From: Eledone cirrhosa
Lineage: Eukaryota
NCBI GenBank assembly: GCA_964016885.1
Contig: CAXHJY010000074.1
Coordinates: 1 to 35,397, forward strand
Direction: 5' to 3'
DNA length: 35,397 bases
The notes below the pieces were generated by a model. It made no database searches, was not told the DNA's origin, and saw nothing but the letters and a program-made list of their open reading frames with translations. Of this stretch, positions 14,010-25,529 are shown in pieces. A program made the position numbers and the translations under genes. Every line of letters begins with the position of its first letter. The first letter of the stretch is position 1.

Positions 14010-14250
14010 TATGTATATTTATTTATATATATATTTATATTTATATTTATATATATTTATATTTATATATATATATATTTATATATATATATATTTATAT
14101 TTATATATATATATATTTATATTTATATATATATATATTTATTTTTATATATATATATATATATTTATTTTTATATATATTTATATATATATATATTTAT
14201 ATATATATATATTTATATATATATATATTTATATATATATATATTTATAT
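14010..14250. repeat. (TA)n/TTTA-interrupted microsatellite
   Basis: Read directly. Confidence 0.95.
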
Positions 14251-14307
14251 ATAAAATATTAAACAAATAATGAATAAACAATTCCTTATATTAAACAAAA
14301 AAAGTTC

Positions 14308-14456
14308 ATTATTTAACGATCGTTTCTAGGGTATATATGTGTTATAATTGGTATGCATATTCAACAGATCTATGTACAAAATTATACAAAATTATACAAA
14401 TTATCAAGATTAAATATACATACCTAACACATATATACGCCGTCTTCAGAAATAAT
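14308..14456 (-). ncRNA. Type I hammerhead ribozyme motif (mirror copy in the left palindrome arm)
   Basis: Reverse complement of 14471-14619. Confidence 0.75.
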
Positions 14457-14470
14457 CTTCAGAAATAATC

Positions 14471-14619
14471 ATTATTTCTGAAGACGGCGTATATATGTGT
14501 TAGGTATGTATATTTAATCTTGATAATTTGTATAATTTTGTATAATTTTGTACATAGATCTGTTGAATATGCATACCAATTATAACACATATATACCCTA
14601 GAAACGATCGTTAAATAAT
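14471..14619 (+). ncRNA. Type I hammerhead ribozyme motif with a 116-nt stem II
   Basis: AUUAUUU-CUGAAGA-c[long stem II: GUAUAUAUGUGUUA/UAACACAUAUAUAC; GGUAUGUAUAUUUAA/UUGAAUAUGCAUACC]a-GAAAC-GAUC-GUU^AAAUAAU. Stem I is 7 bp. Confidence 0.8.
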
Positions 14620-14812
14620 GAACTTTTTTTGTTTAATATAAGGAATTGTTTATTCATTATTTGTTTAATATTTTATCTTGACTCTGTATACCGTTTATCT
14701 TTCACCGAAAGTGGATCTTCATTACATCTCTTCTTTCCATGATATCCGGAATACATTGAGTTCTTCATACGGATTGGACACTACCGTAAACTCTTGGTAG
14801 ATTTATCTACAT
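14471..14812 (+). mobile_element. Penelope-like pLTR-type element with an inverted partial copy at its 5' side
   Basis: The hammerhead-bearing unit continues to GTAGATTTATCTAC and then into (TA)n. Inverted partial pLTR copies are characteristic of Penelope-like insertions. Confidence 0.6.
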
Positions 14813-14833
14813 ATATTTATATATATATATATT

Positions 14834-14866
<33 letters not shown>

Positions 14867-15790
14867 TTATATATTTATATATATATATATTTATATTTAT
14901 ATATATATTTATATATATATATATTTATATATTTATATTTATATATATATTTATATATATATTTATTTATATATATATTTATATATATATATTTATATAT
15001 ATATATATTTATATATATATATTTATATATATATATATTTATATATATATTTATACATACATATACATATTTATATATACATATACATATTTATATATAT
15101 ATATATATATTTATACATACATATACATATTTATATATACATATACATATTTATACATACATATACATATTTATATATACATATACATATTTATATATAC
15201 ATATACATATTTATATATACATATTATATTATACATACATATATATTTATACATACATATCATCATCACCGTTTTACGTCCGTTCTTCCACGCTAGCATG
15301 GGTTAGACGGGTTGTCCTGTTGTGGGCAGTGTCTGGTCGGCTGACCATGCCTTGCTCATACAGGAACTGATCTTTATACATATATATATATTTATACATA
15401 TATATATATATTTATACATACATATATATTTATACATACATATATATTTATACATACATATATATATATTTATACATACATATATACATATTTATATTTA
15501 TACATATATATATTTATACATATATATATATATTTATACATACATATATATATATTTATACATACATATATATATATTTATACATATATATATATTTATA
15601 CATACATATATATATAGATTTTTACATACATATATATATATATTTATACATACATATATATATATACATATATATATATTTATACATATATATATTTATA
15701 CATATATATATTTATACATATATTTATACATATATATATATTTATACATATATATATATATTTATACATACATATATATTTATACTTACA
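14813..15790. repeat. (TA)n/(TACA)n/TTTATACA microsatellite tracts
   Basis: Read directly; interrupted by the RTE end at 15259-15371. Confidence 0.9.
15259..15371 (-). mobile_element. 3' terminus of an RTE LINE (same family as 17294-17887)
   Basis: Reverse-complement match to ~17764-17876, including the (GAT)n tail. Confidence 0.85.
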
Positions 15791-15794
15791 TATG

Positions 15795-15843
15795 CAAACC
15801 CATGCAAGCGTGGAACATGGACGTTAAACGATGATGATGATGA
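15795..15843 (+). mobile_element. Ultra-short RTE 3' end
   Basis: AACCCATGCAAGCGTGGAACATGGACGTTAAACGATGATGATGATGA. Confidence 0.75.
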
Positions 15844-17094
15844 TATATATTTATATATATATACATACATATGTATGTATATGTGTGTGTGTGTGCGTGC
15901 ACTTGTGTGTACATATATATGTCAGGTCATTCAACACAACCTAGTGTGTGGTTAAACTCTACCAAGCCTGCTTGGTAAAGAAAGAGATTTTTGGATACTC
16001 TACAAGATAAAAAGCAAAATTCATGAAAGGGTGAGAGCAATTCATGAGAGTCAACAGCCATCCAATAGTGTGTATTATGTGCCTGTACAAATATGTGTAA
16101 ATACACACCTGAACAGGATATACTAACTTGGAACCTCCAATGTTTGTGGTCTTTGTGTTAGCTTAATGTCTTCAAATATTTAAAAAGTGGCTCAGTGTGT
16201 CAACTAAGCTACTGTCACGATAAAATCTGGGTAGATTCCTTCTGTGGCAATTTTTTTTTAATTTCAACATCACCTGCTTCTCTTCCCTTTTCCAGCACAA
16301 GTCAAAATGGAATTTTTAACACCATATAGACAGCGAACCTTTCATTGCAATGATCCGAATAGTATGTACACCTGTGATAATGAAATACTACCATTTCTCT
16401 AGTTTTGTTATTTAGAAGGTGTAGTAAATGCACGAGCAGTCACGATTCTTCATCCTACTTAATGGACTGTTAGTATCTGGGAGGTGACAGGCAGTCTTTG
16501 TCTTGCCATGGTGTGTGTCTTCATCCTTGTAAAAAAAATTATGATGGTGAAGAGCAGTATTGTTAGAAGGAGCAAGAGGAGTGCCAAATGTTGTCATACT
16601 TGATAACAAGTTGACAACCACCATATAAATCATCGTCAACATCATCATTTTACATGTTACCAAAGATTAGCCTGTTTGGAGAACCATGTCTTGTTCATAC
16701 AGTTCATAGTTTGGCTGGATGGCCTTGTTAATGCTGATCACCTTATAGGATGTACTAGGTGTCATAATGACAAGGTGTAATGGGTAAAATGTATATTATA
16801 TTTTATATTAAGTGTATAGCAACCTTTATACAATATGTTTATGTATAATAAAAGCATATTTAGTTTCTTTGTGAGTATTTTAAGCTGTGATCATATCACA
16901 GCTACCTTGATATCCATTTATTTTGGAATTATTACTTCTTGTCAACACTTGCTTTATCTACGCTCAGACATCAAGATAAGAAAGACCTTTTTAAAGCCTT
17001 ATAGATTTCATAAACAAAGTAGTCTTGTTGAAAGCTTATTTACATATAGTGTTCAGACACCAAGAGACTCAATGTATGTTTATTATATGTAAAC

Positions 17095-17275
17095 ATATAC
17101 GGTTTCCTATATATATATATATAAGAAACCATATATGTTTATATATATATATATATAGGAAACCATATATTATATATATAGGAAACCATATGTTTATATA
17201 TATATATAGGAAACCATATAATGTTTATATATATATATAGGAAACCATATAATGTTTATATATATATATATATAA
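17095..17275. repeat. Minisatellite (TA)n-GGAAACCATAT
   Basis: About five units plus one inverted unit at 17101. One more unit follows the RTE insertion at ~17889-17905. Confidence 0.85.
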
Positions 17276-17293
17276 GCATATATATAAAGCATA

Positions 17294-17887
17294 AATGAAT
17301 TGAGAGAGAGACTGAGCATATGAGGAATCAAATGCTGTGTGCAAGAGAGGCGGTTGCATTGGTATGGACATGTGATGCGTATGAAGGATGACAGCTGCAT
17401 AAAAAGGTGCAGAGCACTAGAAGTCGATGGAAACTGCAGAGTGGGGAGACCCAAGAAGACCTGGGATGAGGTGATAAAAGCCGACCTTGTCCAATTACAC
17501 ATCTCAAAGGCGATGACACACGACCGTGACGCAGTAATACAGAAGACCCGACCTCCCACGGGTACAAGCCGAAGCTGAAGCATAGAGACAATATGTCCCC
17601 ACACCCTCCCACTGCAAAGTGGTCGTGGAGGTGCCACGGCAAAAAAGCACCCAGCCCACACTGTAAAGTGGACGTGTAGGCACCACGGAAAAAAAGCACC
17701 CAGCACTCACTGTAAATGAGGTTGGTGTTAGGAAGGGCATCCAGCTGTAGAAATCAAGCCAGAATCAGTTCCCATATGAGCAAGACAAGGTTAGCCGACC
17801 GGACACTGCCCACAATAGGACAACCCGTCTAACCCATGCTAGCGTGGAAGAACGGGCGTAAAACGGTGATGATGATGTTGATGATGC
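17294..17887 (+). mobile_element. 5'-truncated RTE LINE (C-terminus, 3' UTR and (GAT)n tail)
   Basis: QERRLHWYGHVMRM...GRPKKTWDEVIKADL. The UTR has internal CACTGTAAAGTGG..GCACCCAG repeats and the tail is GATGATGATGTTGATGATG. Confidence 0.9.
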
Positions 17888-18659
17888 TATATAGGAAACC
17901 ATATATTATATATATATATATTTCGCTACAATGTTTTCTATACCTTTCATTTATATATATATGTTTATATATATATATAAAGAGAAAGAGACGGAGGGAG
18001 GGGGTTTGTGTATGTGTATAGCTTTAAAGATATGCGTATGCGCACATGCACTTTTATACACAGTAGGTGGGTGCACCGGCGTATTTTCTATAAATCATTT
18101 CGAAGCTACCTGCCTATATCTAACAAAAAGCTCATTTCCAACAGATCAGTTGCGCAAGCAGGTGGAGTGGAAACATGCATTTAAAAAAAATATAAATAAA
18201 CTGTAATAAAAAAAAAATACTATTGTTATTATAAAGCGCTATCTTTTTTCTCACCTACTCTTACTCTCCTTTCACACATATATCCATTCGGGAGAATTAC
18301 GTCAGATTTGTGGGAATGTTTTTGCTTAATTTTTTCTTTCTTATTCTTTAATAAAATATCTCTCTTGTTTGTTTGTATGTTATGCTTAAAATAGCACAAT
18401 AGCGACATTCATGTCGTTTCTGATTCACGCCAAGACGCGATGGTTAAACTCCATTGAAAAATACGTCTGTCTTAAATTTGACGTCCTAATCGAAACTAAT
18501 GCGCCTCCTTCCCCGCCAGAAGTGATAAATGTCATGATTTATTCTCCAAGCACCTAAAAATAACTTCGTACACCTATCCCAATGTTATGACACCTCTAGA
18601 AATAGTTATCAAATCTCCCACTAACCGGACCTACATAACGAAACAATGTAGTGACTGAT

Positions 18660-18813
18660 TTAATAATAATAATGGTTTCTGATTTCGGAACAAGGCCAGC
18701 AATTTTGAGGGAGGGGAAATTCGATTAAATCGACCTCAGCGTTTTACTGGTACTTTATTTCATCGACCAAGTAAGTATGAAAGGCAAAGCTAACCTCGGC
18801 GGGATTTCAACTC
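18660..18813 (-). mobile_element. tRNA-derived SINE (3' part)
   Basis: The minus strand reads TGAGTTGAAATCCCGCCGAGGTTAGCTTTGCCTTTCAT...AGTACCAG...(ATT)n tail. Related copies lie at 21907, 24645 and 25530. Confidence 0.75.
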
Positions 18814-20054
18814 ATATTAAGAATAACAATTTATTTACCACACGGGGCTCACATAAAGAAAACATTAATGACGGCACAGGACGTTTCAGTGTGGGTTTTG
18901 TGTGTAAAATGGTAATAACAAAAGTAAAAAAAAAAAAACTAAACATTTAAAAATCAAACAAATCCCCCAATGGGGTGGGATTCTGAGGGTCAAGTGTAGC
19001 GAAAGCACACAAAAAAGTTACTCTGATCGCTAGGGCAAGGGGTTTTTACAGCCGGAACTAACAACAACTATGAGCTAAGTCTGATTGATTAGTTCTGACC
19101 TTCGGCTAAACAACAACAACTATGTAAATCATGTTATAACCATTAAGCCGGCTTCGTAGACATTACATCTTAGTTGCGTCGCTCATGTCCTTGAAAAAGA
19201 GTAATGGAAAAAAAACAAAAACATGATAAATACATTTCTCAAAACTATTTCTTTATTTTCTATTTAAAAAAAACCAGGGCTGCGAAGAGGATGGTGTACA
19301 TTGTATTTACTTATTAACGTGCATTTAACAAGATCTTGCAGTGTATTTTGCTATTTAGCATGTGTGTTTGTGGATGAGGTGAGAATTAAGGTTTTATTAG
19401 TCGGTATCGTGCAGGTGTGTATGTTTAAACTTTTATCGATGAAATGATAACTATTCATATAATAAGGATCAGTTCCAAAATGGCCAATGTGTCTGGCAAA
19501 GAGAATCCTTAATAATTTATATGCTACTTGCATGCATATTGAATTATCTGTTCGTTAAAGTTTGGTTCCAAAGAAGCGTTATTTTATATTGCGAATCCTT
19601 AAATCATTAATATGAGAGCTCGAAATATGAAAACGAAAATATCTCGCCAGATTCAGATACAGGTTAAGGTTTGGGGTTCTTTCATTGGCTCATACAATAC
19701 CATAGAGGAGAGAGAGAGAGTGTGTGTGTGATCGCGTGTGTGAAACAAGAACATAAGCATCCCAGTTTTCCCGATTTTTTTTTGTCATTGACAAAAGAGC
19801 TCGAATAAAAAAAATAAAAAAAAAAGAAACCCGAAAATATTTCGTCTCGTATTGATTGCGCATGCTCCACTCATAAATTGAGCAAATCTATTTCAGTAAT
19901 GACCGTATTGATTTATTTGATGTATCTTGGATTATATTATCTAATGTGAACTTACTTGTTTAAGACTGAGGAGAGTTAGCTGCTATTTTTAACAGTTTGA
20001 GCAGGTATCAGCAACACTTTTTTTGTAATAGTCCAATTTTGATTTGATTTTTTT

Positions 20055-20492
20055 TAGTTTTTCCCATGGCCCATACATATGTATATCATATCAATATTTT
20101 AAAAAAAAGCAATTTATAAAGTCCCAAGGCCCATCTCAATGGCCCACTCATGATATTTTAGCCTTTTTCCATGGCCCACATGTATGTTATATCTTATCTC
20201 CCATAGAAACAACTTTAAAAGTCAAAGGCTCCACAGAGAGCACCTCAATGGCCAACTCTTGATATTTTTCGTTTTTTCCATGGCCCACATGTATGTTATA
20301 TCTTATCTCCCATAGAAATAACTTGAAAAAGTCCAAGGCCTCATAGGGAGCACCTCACTGGCTAACTCTGGATATCTTAAGTTTTTTCCGTGGCCCACAT
20401 GTATGTTATAACATATCTCCATATCTCCCATAAAAAGAAAACTTGAAAAAGTCCAAGGCCCCACAGAGAGCCCCTCAATGACCCACATGTAG
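20055..20492. repeat. Tandem repeat, ~110-bp unit, ~4 copies
   Basis: Recurrent TTTTTCCATGGCCCACATGTATGTTATA...AAAAGTCCAAGGCC...CACCTCAATGGCC. Confidence 0.9.
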
Positions 20493-20559
20493 AGTCGCTG
20501 CACACCTCTTTCCCATCCCTGCCATAGAAACTTTGACATTTACCTTGCGACGTTTATGT

Positions 20560-21350
20560 TGTGCTACTAAAAGAGCTTTAATTGACGTAACAGCAATAAC
20601 ATTCACAATCCGTAATCCGAGAATTTACTCTTCCGCTCCACAATGCCTGTCGTGAAAATTTACTATTATTCCAGCGTAGTAGGGAGCCTTGGTAAATGGT
20701 TTGATGTGTCTTATTTATTGTTTTAAGATCAAATCTTGCATCGAAGTTTTATATTCCTTCCGAGTCAGTAAAATAAATGGCTGTTGCTATTTTTCTTTTT
20801 CAACTTGTTTTAAGTAGTGATTATTTATTTTAACGTACTGTTGATTCTTCATTCTGCAGTTCTAAATCTAATTTGTGGGAAGCAAGTTTACATTTTGTGA
20901 GAAATACTACATTCACATTAAAACTCTATAAAATGTTGAAAATAGCTATTACAAACGCTTCCCAGATTCTGAGAAAATCAAACAAATCGTTCTAAGGCAT
21001 ATCCATTTCGGGTTTGTGAAGTGGTTTTCCATTGCTCTTTATTATTCTTTTTATTGGCAGAAAGCTTATCAGTTGATAAAAACGAGTGGTTATATTGTCC
21101 ATCTCAAAAGAATTAGCTACTTCAGTGAAGAGAAATAAATACAACAAATAGTCAATGCTTCTATTCCATATCTTCATTATCATTGTTCTGGAGTAAAGAC
21201 TTAAGTGTTGATCAAGATTATATTACAAATCATTTACTTTCAAATCATTTACACTTCTGCATCAATGGATGAATGGGGCAAAATACGTCTTTGAACCTTT
21301 TAGAAAATCGATTAAATAAGTTTCGGTGAGAGATATTTAATCCTGTTCAT
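20560..21350 (+). pseudogene. Possible highly decayed hAT (SPIN/Charlie-like) transposase remnant
   Basis: Translated scraps YYYSSVVGSLGK (~20662-20697, cf. VRWLS.GK), YYKRFPD (~20946) and GAKYVFEPF (~21275, cf. GSTY.CE..F) occur in the expected order. Confidence 0.4.
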
Positions 21351-21379
21351 AGGTTAAATGAATATTGGTGATGATAATA

Positions 21380-21880
21380 GTGGCACAATTACATACATTT
21401 ATTTATGTCTTAGACGGAGTGAAAAGCAGCGCTCATGACTATTGCAGATCCTCCAAGACCGACAAGGTTTATAGGATTGATGTTCAGTTAACTGCCGGAA
21501 AAATGAAGGGGTGGGGATTTCCAGGTGGCTATATTTTAAGTGTGCAACACAGATGGGTGATTGATGTGAAAATGGGATGAAGGTCTGGGTGATAGATTAA
21601 GCAGATATGAGACAGCTCATCTTTGAATAAGAATTTGTGTGTTGAATGACATTCTTTAGGTGCTTGTATGTGTGTAGCAGTAGTACCACCCCCAGATGTG
21701 GGAACAGTACTTTATTATGGATTTTGGAGCTTTGTAGAAGGTCAATTCATATTCTGGCTTTGAAGAGGAAGGCTAGTTTTTTGTTTTTTGTGGAAGGGGG
21801 TTGGGGCGCAAATTTGTAGCAACCTGGTCGGTTTTAATTGCATGCTATCCATAGAGATAGTAAGGTACCACAAATATATA
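21380..21880 (-). mobile_element. Decayed CR1/L2-group LINE, 3' coding end
   Basis: Minus-strand scraps LAFLFKAR, YKA and YCSHIWGG (cf. the RP.MEYCS.IW motif). Confidence 0.6.
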
Positions 21881-21906
21881 TTATTATTCCTTATATATTA
21901 TTATTA

Positions 21907-21950
21907 TTCCGCCGAGGTTAACTTTGCCTTTCATCCTTACGGGGTCGATA
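21907..21950 (+). mobile_element. SINE central-domain fragment at the Gypsy junction
   Basis: TTCCGCCGAGGTTAACTTTGCCTTTCATCCTTACGGGGTCGATA. Confidence 0.7.
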
Positions 21951-23965
21951 CCCTCAGCGCCTCCGAGCGGAACGCTGCGCTGTTGTCCATCAGCAGTTCG
22001 TCCACAGGGCCCCGCTCCAAGAACACCTCTCAACGTCCGCATGATTTCCTCGGCCGTTCCAGTCTTCATCTCCCTCCATATCGCCATCCGTCCCGGTCCA
22101 CAGTCGACCATCGAGAGGTACGTTCCCTGTCGGTAGTGTGTTACATCCACCGCCAATCGCTTCCAGTCGCGATCCACCGGGAGGCTTCCCGTTTCGTGCA
22201 CACCCGGGGCAGGATCAATGGACTGACATCGGACGCAGCCTCTAACCACTCTTTGAACACTGTGTCTGTTAACGTCCGAGTCGATTCCCCTGGCTAGGAA
22301 CAGAGTTCTATCCACCCCCATGTGGTGCATGTCATGCAACCCTTTCAGATCCGACTCGGTCAGCCGACACACGGCAGCTATCTCCTCTGCTACCTCCTCC
22401 GGCGCTTCCATCCAGGCCTTCTTCACCCTGGTTAAAACGTCCGCCCTATTTTTCTCTGAGGGCACGAAAACTATGCTCAGCCTCAGGTCGAACTCGGTGG
22501 CCAGCTCTCCTAAAGTTCCCAGGCGGCGCTTTATCAGCATCTCCCCCCCCCCTCTCGTTCGCACTCTCTTCTCACTGGTGAGCACTGATCTCGTTCGCAC
22601 GCTCTTCTCACTGATCTCACCCATCCGAGTACAGTAGCTGAGTCGGTGCGTATCTCGATGGTGCACAGTCCCCACCTCAGGGCGAGGTTCACCCCTCTCA
22701 ACACCGCGTCCAGTCCGGCCACATTGATGTGGTTGCAGTCGTCCTTCTTCCTAAGCCAGGCTGCATCCTCGACCTCAACACCTCCTATCTCCAACGTGAC
22801 ACCCAGCGCTATGCTGCTGGCATCGCACCATACGGTCCCGCTCTGCGATTTGGGAACATGCACTGGGTCGTCGGCCTTAACCCTCTCCACGATCTCCTGC
22901 ATCATGGCCACCGTCCTCTCTCCCACTCTGTCACTCCAAGTCACCCTTCCCGCTCGTCTCTTGACATAGCTGCATGCCGTCCGGAGCCTCCCAGCAATCG
23001 GGTAGTGACCCACCAACTTTCCACACACCGAGAAAAGCTCCCGCCTACTCATACTTGGGCCCAGTTCTGGAACTTCATTTCCCCTCTGGAATACTAACAC
23101 GTCCGTCCTGTCTCGCCGTAGCCTAAGTCCCAGCGCGGCTCCTCCCTCCAACGCTTCTGACGGCTTCGCAGCCAGTCCATACCCCTGTAAATGGCTCGTG
23201 ACCTCCGCCGCCGACACTACAGACTCGTCCACTAGGATGTCGTCAATGTAGGAATTAGTGGCCTTCTTCATCTTGTCGTCCTTTCCCAGAATGGTCTTGA
23301 GGACCGCCGCCATGATCTTCGGTGCAGAGCTCAGCCCGAAACCGAGCCTGGTCAGGCAATATGTCCGGCCCTTATACCTGACCAGCTGATACTGCCAGAG
23401 CTTCTCATCTATATGTAATTGCAGGTATGCCGACTTTAGATCTACGATTGCGGAACCCCCCGTCATGCGTTTCCACTAACGCAGGGTTTCCCCACAGACA
23501 TCCGTGACCTCGCCACCCGTGTGGCATGACACGTGCTCGTTCAGCTCCCGAAAGTCCAGTACCGGCCTCACCTTGTTCTTCGTGGGTTGCGCCACCGCCA
23601 TTAACGGCAATACTCCGCACTTCACCCCCTCTTTCCAGGGAAGCAGTATGCTCTCCTCAATCCATCTCTCTACCTCTAACTCGAACTCTCTCCTAATGTC
23701 TCCCTTCAATGTGTGTTGATAGCAGCCCACTTTGGTCTTCAGTGTTGGTGGTTCTCCCTTCCAGTACCACTCAACAACCCATCGCTGCCCATCGAACACA
23801 GTCTTGAAGTATTTGTCCTGCACAGTGTAAGCGGGGTATTTCTCCTCGAGAGCCTTCAGGTTCTCCTGTCGCGTACTCACAGCGCATACCGATGCGGCGC
23901 CGCCAAACGACACACCGACGTTGTTCACTGTGACGCCTCTGAGACGGCCAATTGCGTCCAAGAGA
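21951..23965 (-). mobile_element. pol: Ty3/Gypsy LTR-retrotransposon pol fragment (RT, RNase H, integrase N-terminal part), pseudogenised
   Basis: RPVLDFRELN, VDLKSAYLQ, LGFGLSSAP, YIDDILV; RNase H WCDAS and RTDSATV; integrase zinc finger H..HH...C..C and WKRLAVDVTHY. In-frame stop at 23476-23478 and a frameshift near 22545-22620. No LTRs seen. Confidence 0.92.
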
Positions 23966-24641
23966 GTAAGTAGGGTTGTTGATGTTAAGAAGATTGTGAG
24001 CACTATAAATTTTATTCTTACCTTATTCCCTCGCTTTTAAGTGTTGCATCTCTGCCATAATTTCCATCTCCGTATCCGACACATTCAGCCACCAAAAATT
24101 ACATGACAGTTTTTTTTTCTAATGTCTGAACGCATGGTTAGTTCTTAAGAGTTTCTACTCTGATACCTTTAAAACTACTGAATCTAGAAAGTCCATTTTT
24201 TTAAAAATCAATGATTATTAATTAAATTATTGTTGTTGTATCTAATTATTTTCCTTTTTACGAATTTTGATTTTGTTTGTTTTGTTTTTTAAAATAAAAT
24301 ATTTAAATATTAAGTACACAACCAAACTTTATTCAACATGCCATGATATACGAGCTTTATGAAAATCAATAAAGAAATGCATGTGATAAATTTTCACATA
24401 CATAGGATACGTAGCAATACAATTTGTTTCTGATATTGGTGACTAATACTTCGCTAATGTAAAATACATGCAGATAACGATCACATCTTTTCAGAAAATT
24501 ATCATTTGTTTTCATTCGTTAAAAATGAATATTTTAAAGCTATTATGAAAGGAATTATTTAGTTGCTGTTTGGTCTCAGGTCAGCTCTGTTGGGGCAGGT
24601 CTATTTTGATCTGAGGCATCAACTGCGACCTGTATTATTAT

Positions 24642-24750
24642 TAGGCGGTTGATTGGCAGTATCGGTAGAGGGTCGGACCCCATGCTTTCCAGCATAGTTA
24701 CGTCCCTTTACGATCTGAGTTCAAATCCCGCCGAGGTTGACTTTGCCTCT
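24642..24750 (+). mobile_element. tRNA-derived SINE, 5' part
   Basis: A-box-like TGGCAGTATCGGT, B-box-like GAGTTCAAATCC, then CGCCGAGGTTGACTTTGCC. Confidence 0.75.
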
Positions 24751-25529
24751 TCTATTTCGCCTCGTTCGCTCTTGGGCTCCCCAACTTTGGTGCTGACTGA
24801 GGCGGCCTGTCGACAGTAGCTTTCGTCAAGGCCAACGTTTCTTCCTTTGGGCAAGCGCCCATCCCATGTGTACGCAAGGACACCATACCGTCTGCTCTCA
24901 GGTCCCCCCAATCCTCCACCCTTGGGCCCCCATTTGCTTATTAATAGTCAGAGATGGGGAGAGCGAGAGAGACGGAGGCAGTGACTATACCAGAATTGCT
25001 AAAGTATTTTGTAGAGTTAAATGTTAAGTGATTTTACGATAAATAGGTAGATAGTCATATATACAGACAAGCATTCTGTAGAATGAATGGATAGAATATG
25101 TGATTATAAGTGAGAATACAATCAATTCCAAGTAACCAGCAAGAACAAGTAGATGTAGAAGAAATTGTGATGAGAGGAGTTTAGGAGTAAGATGATTTCG
25201 ACTTAATTTCTGACATAAATAATTGACACTTCTTAAATGTTAACAATTTTGACGTTTCCGACTTGTGTGTGTGTGGGGGGAGGGGGGGGGGTACCTCAAT
25301 GTTTCCAGCCCTGGCCACAAGACATTCTTGTGGTGGATGATGCTTGGTTATTACAGAGACTTCTTTCTTCTTGTTTAGTCTTGTAATTTTTCAGGCAGTC
25401 GTAAGTGTTAACATAAGGCGTTTCTAGGACATATTTTAAAACCTGGTGGAGGCCATGACCTCTCCAGGTCTGAATACAGCAGCAGATTTCTTCCAGATAA
25501 TGTTAAAGAGGGAGAAAGAGATATATCGG

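Larger units (their letters stand above)
14251..14676. repeat. Perfect inverted repeat: 206-bp arms (14251-14456 / 14471-14676) with a 14-nt spacer
   Basis: The arms are reverse complements by inspection. The spacer CTTCAGAAATAATC duplicates the end of the left arm. Confidence 0.95.

Noticed and set aside
16260-16680. Possible host exon or transposase scrap (83-aa minus ORF)
   Set aside because: No recognisable motif or convincing splice-site pair.
21788-23973. Plus-strand ORFs overlapping the Gypsy fragment
   Set aside because: Antisense shadows of GC-rich pol sequence.
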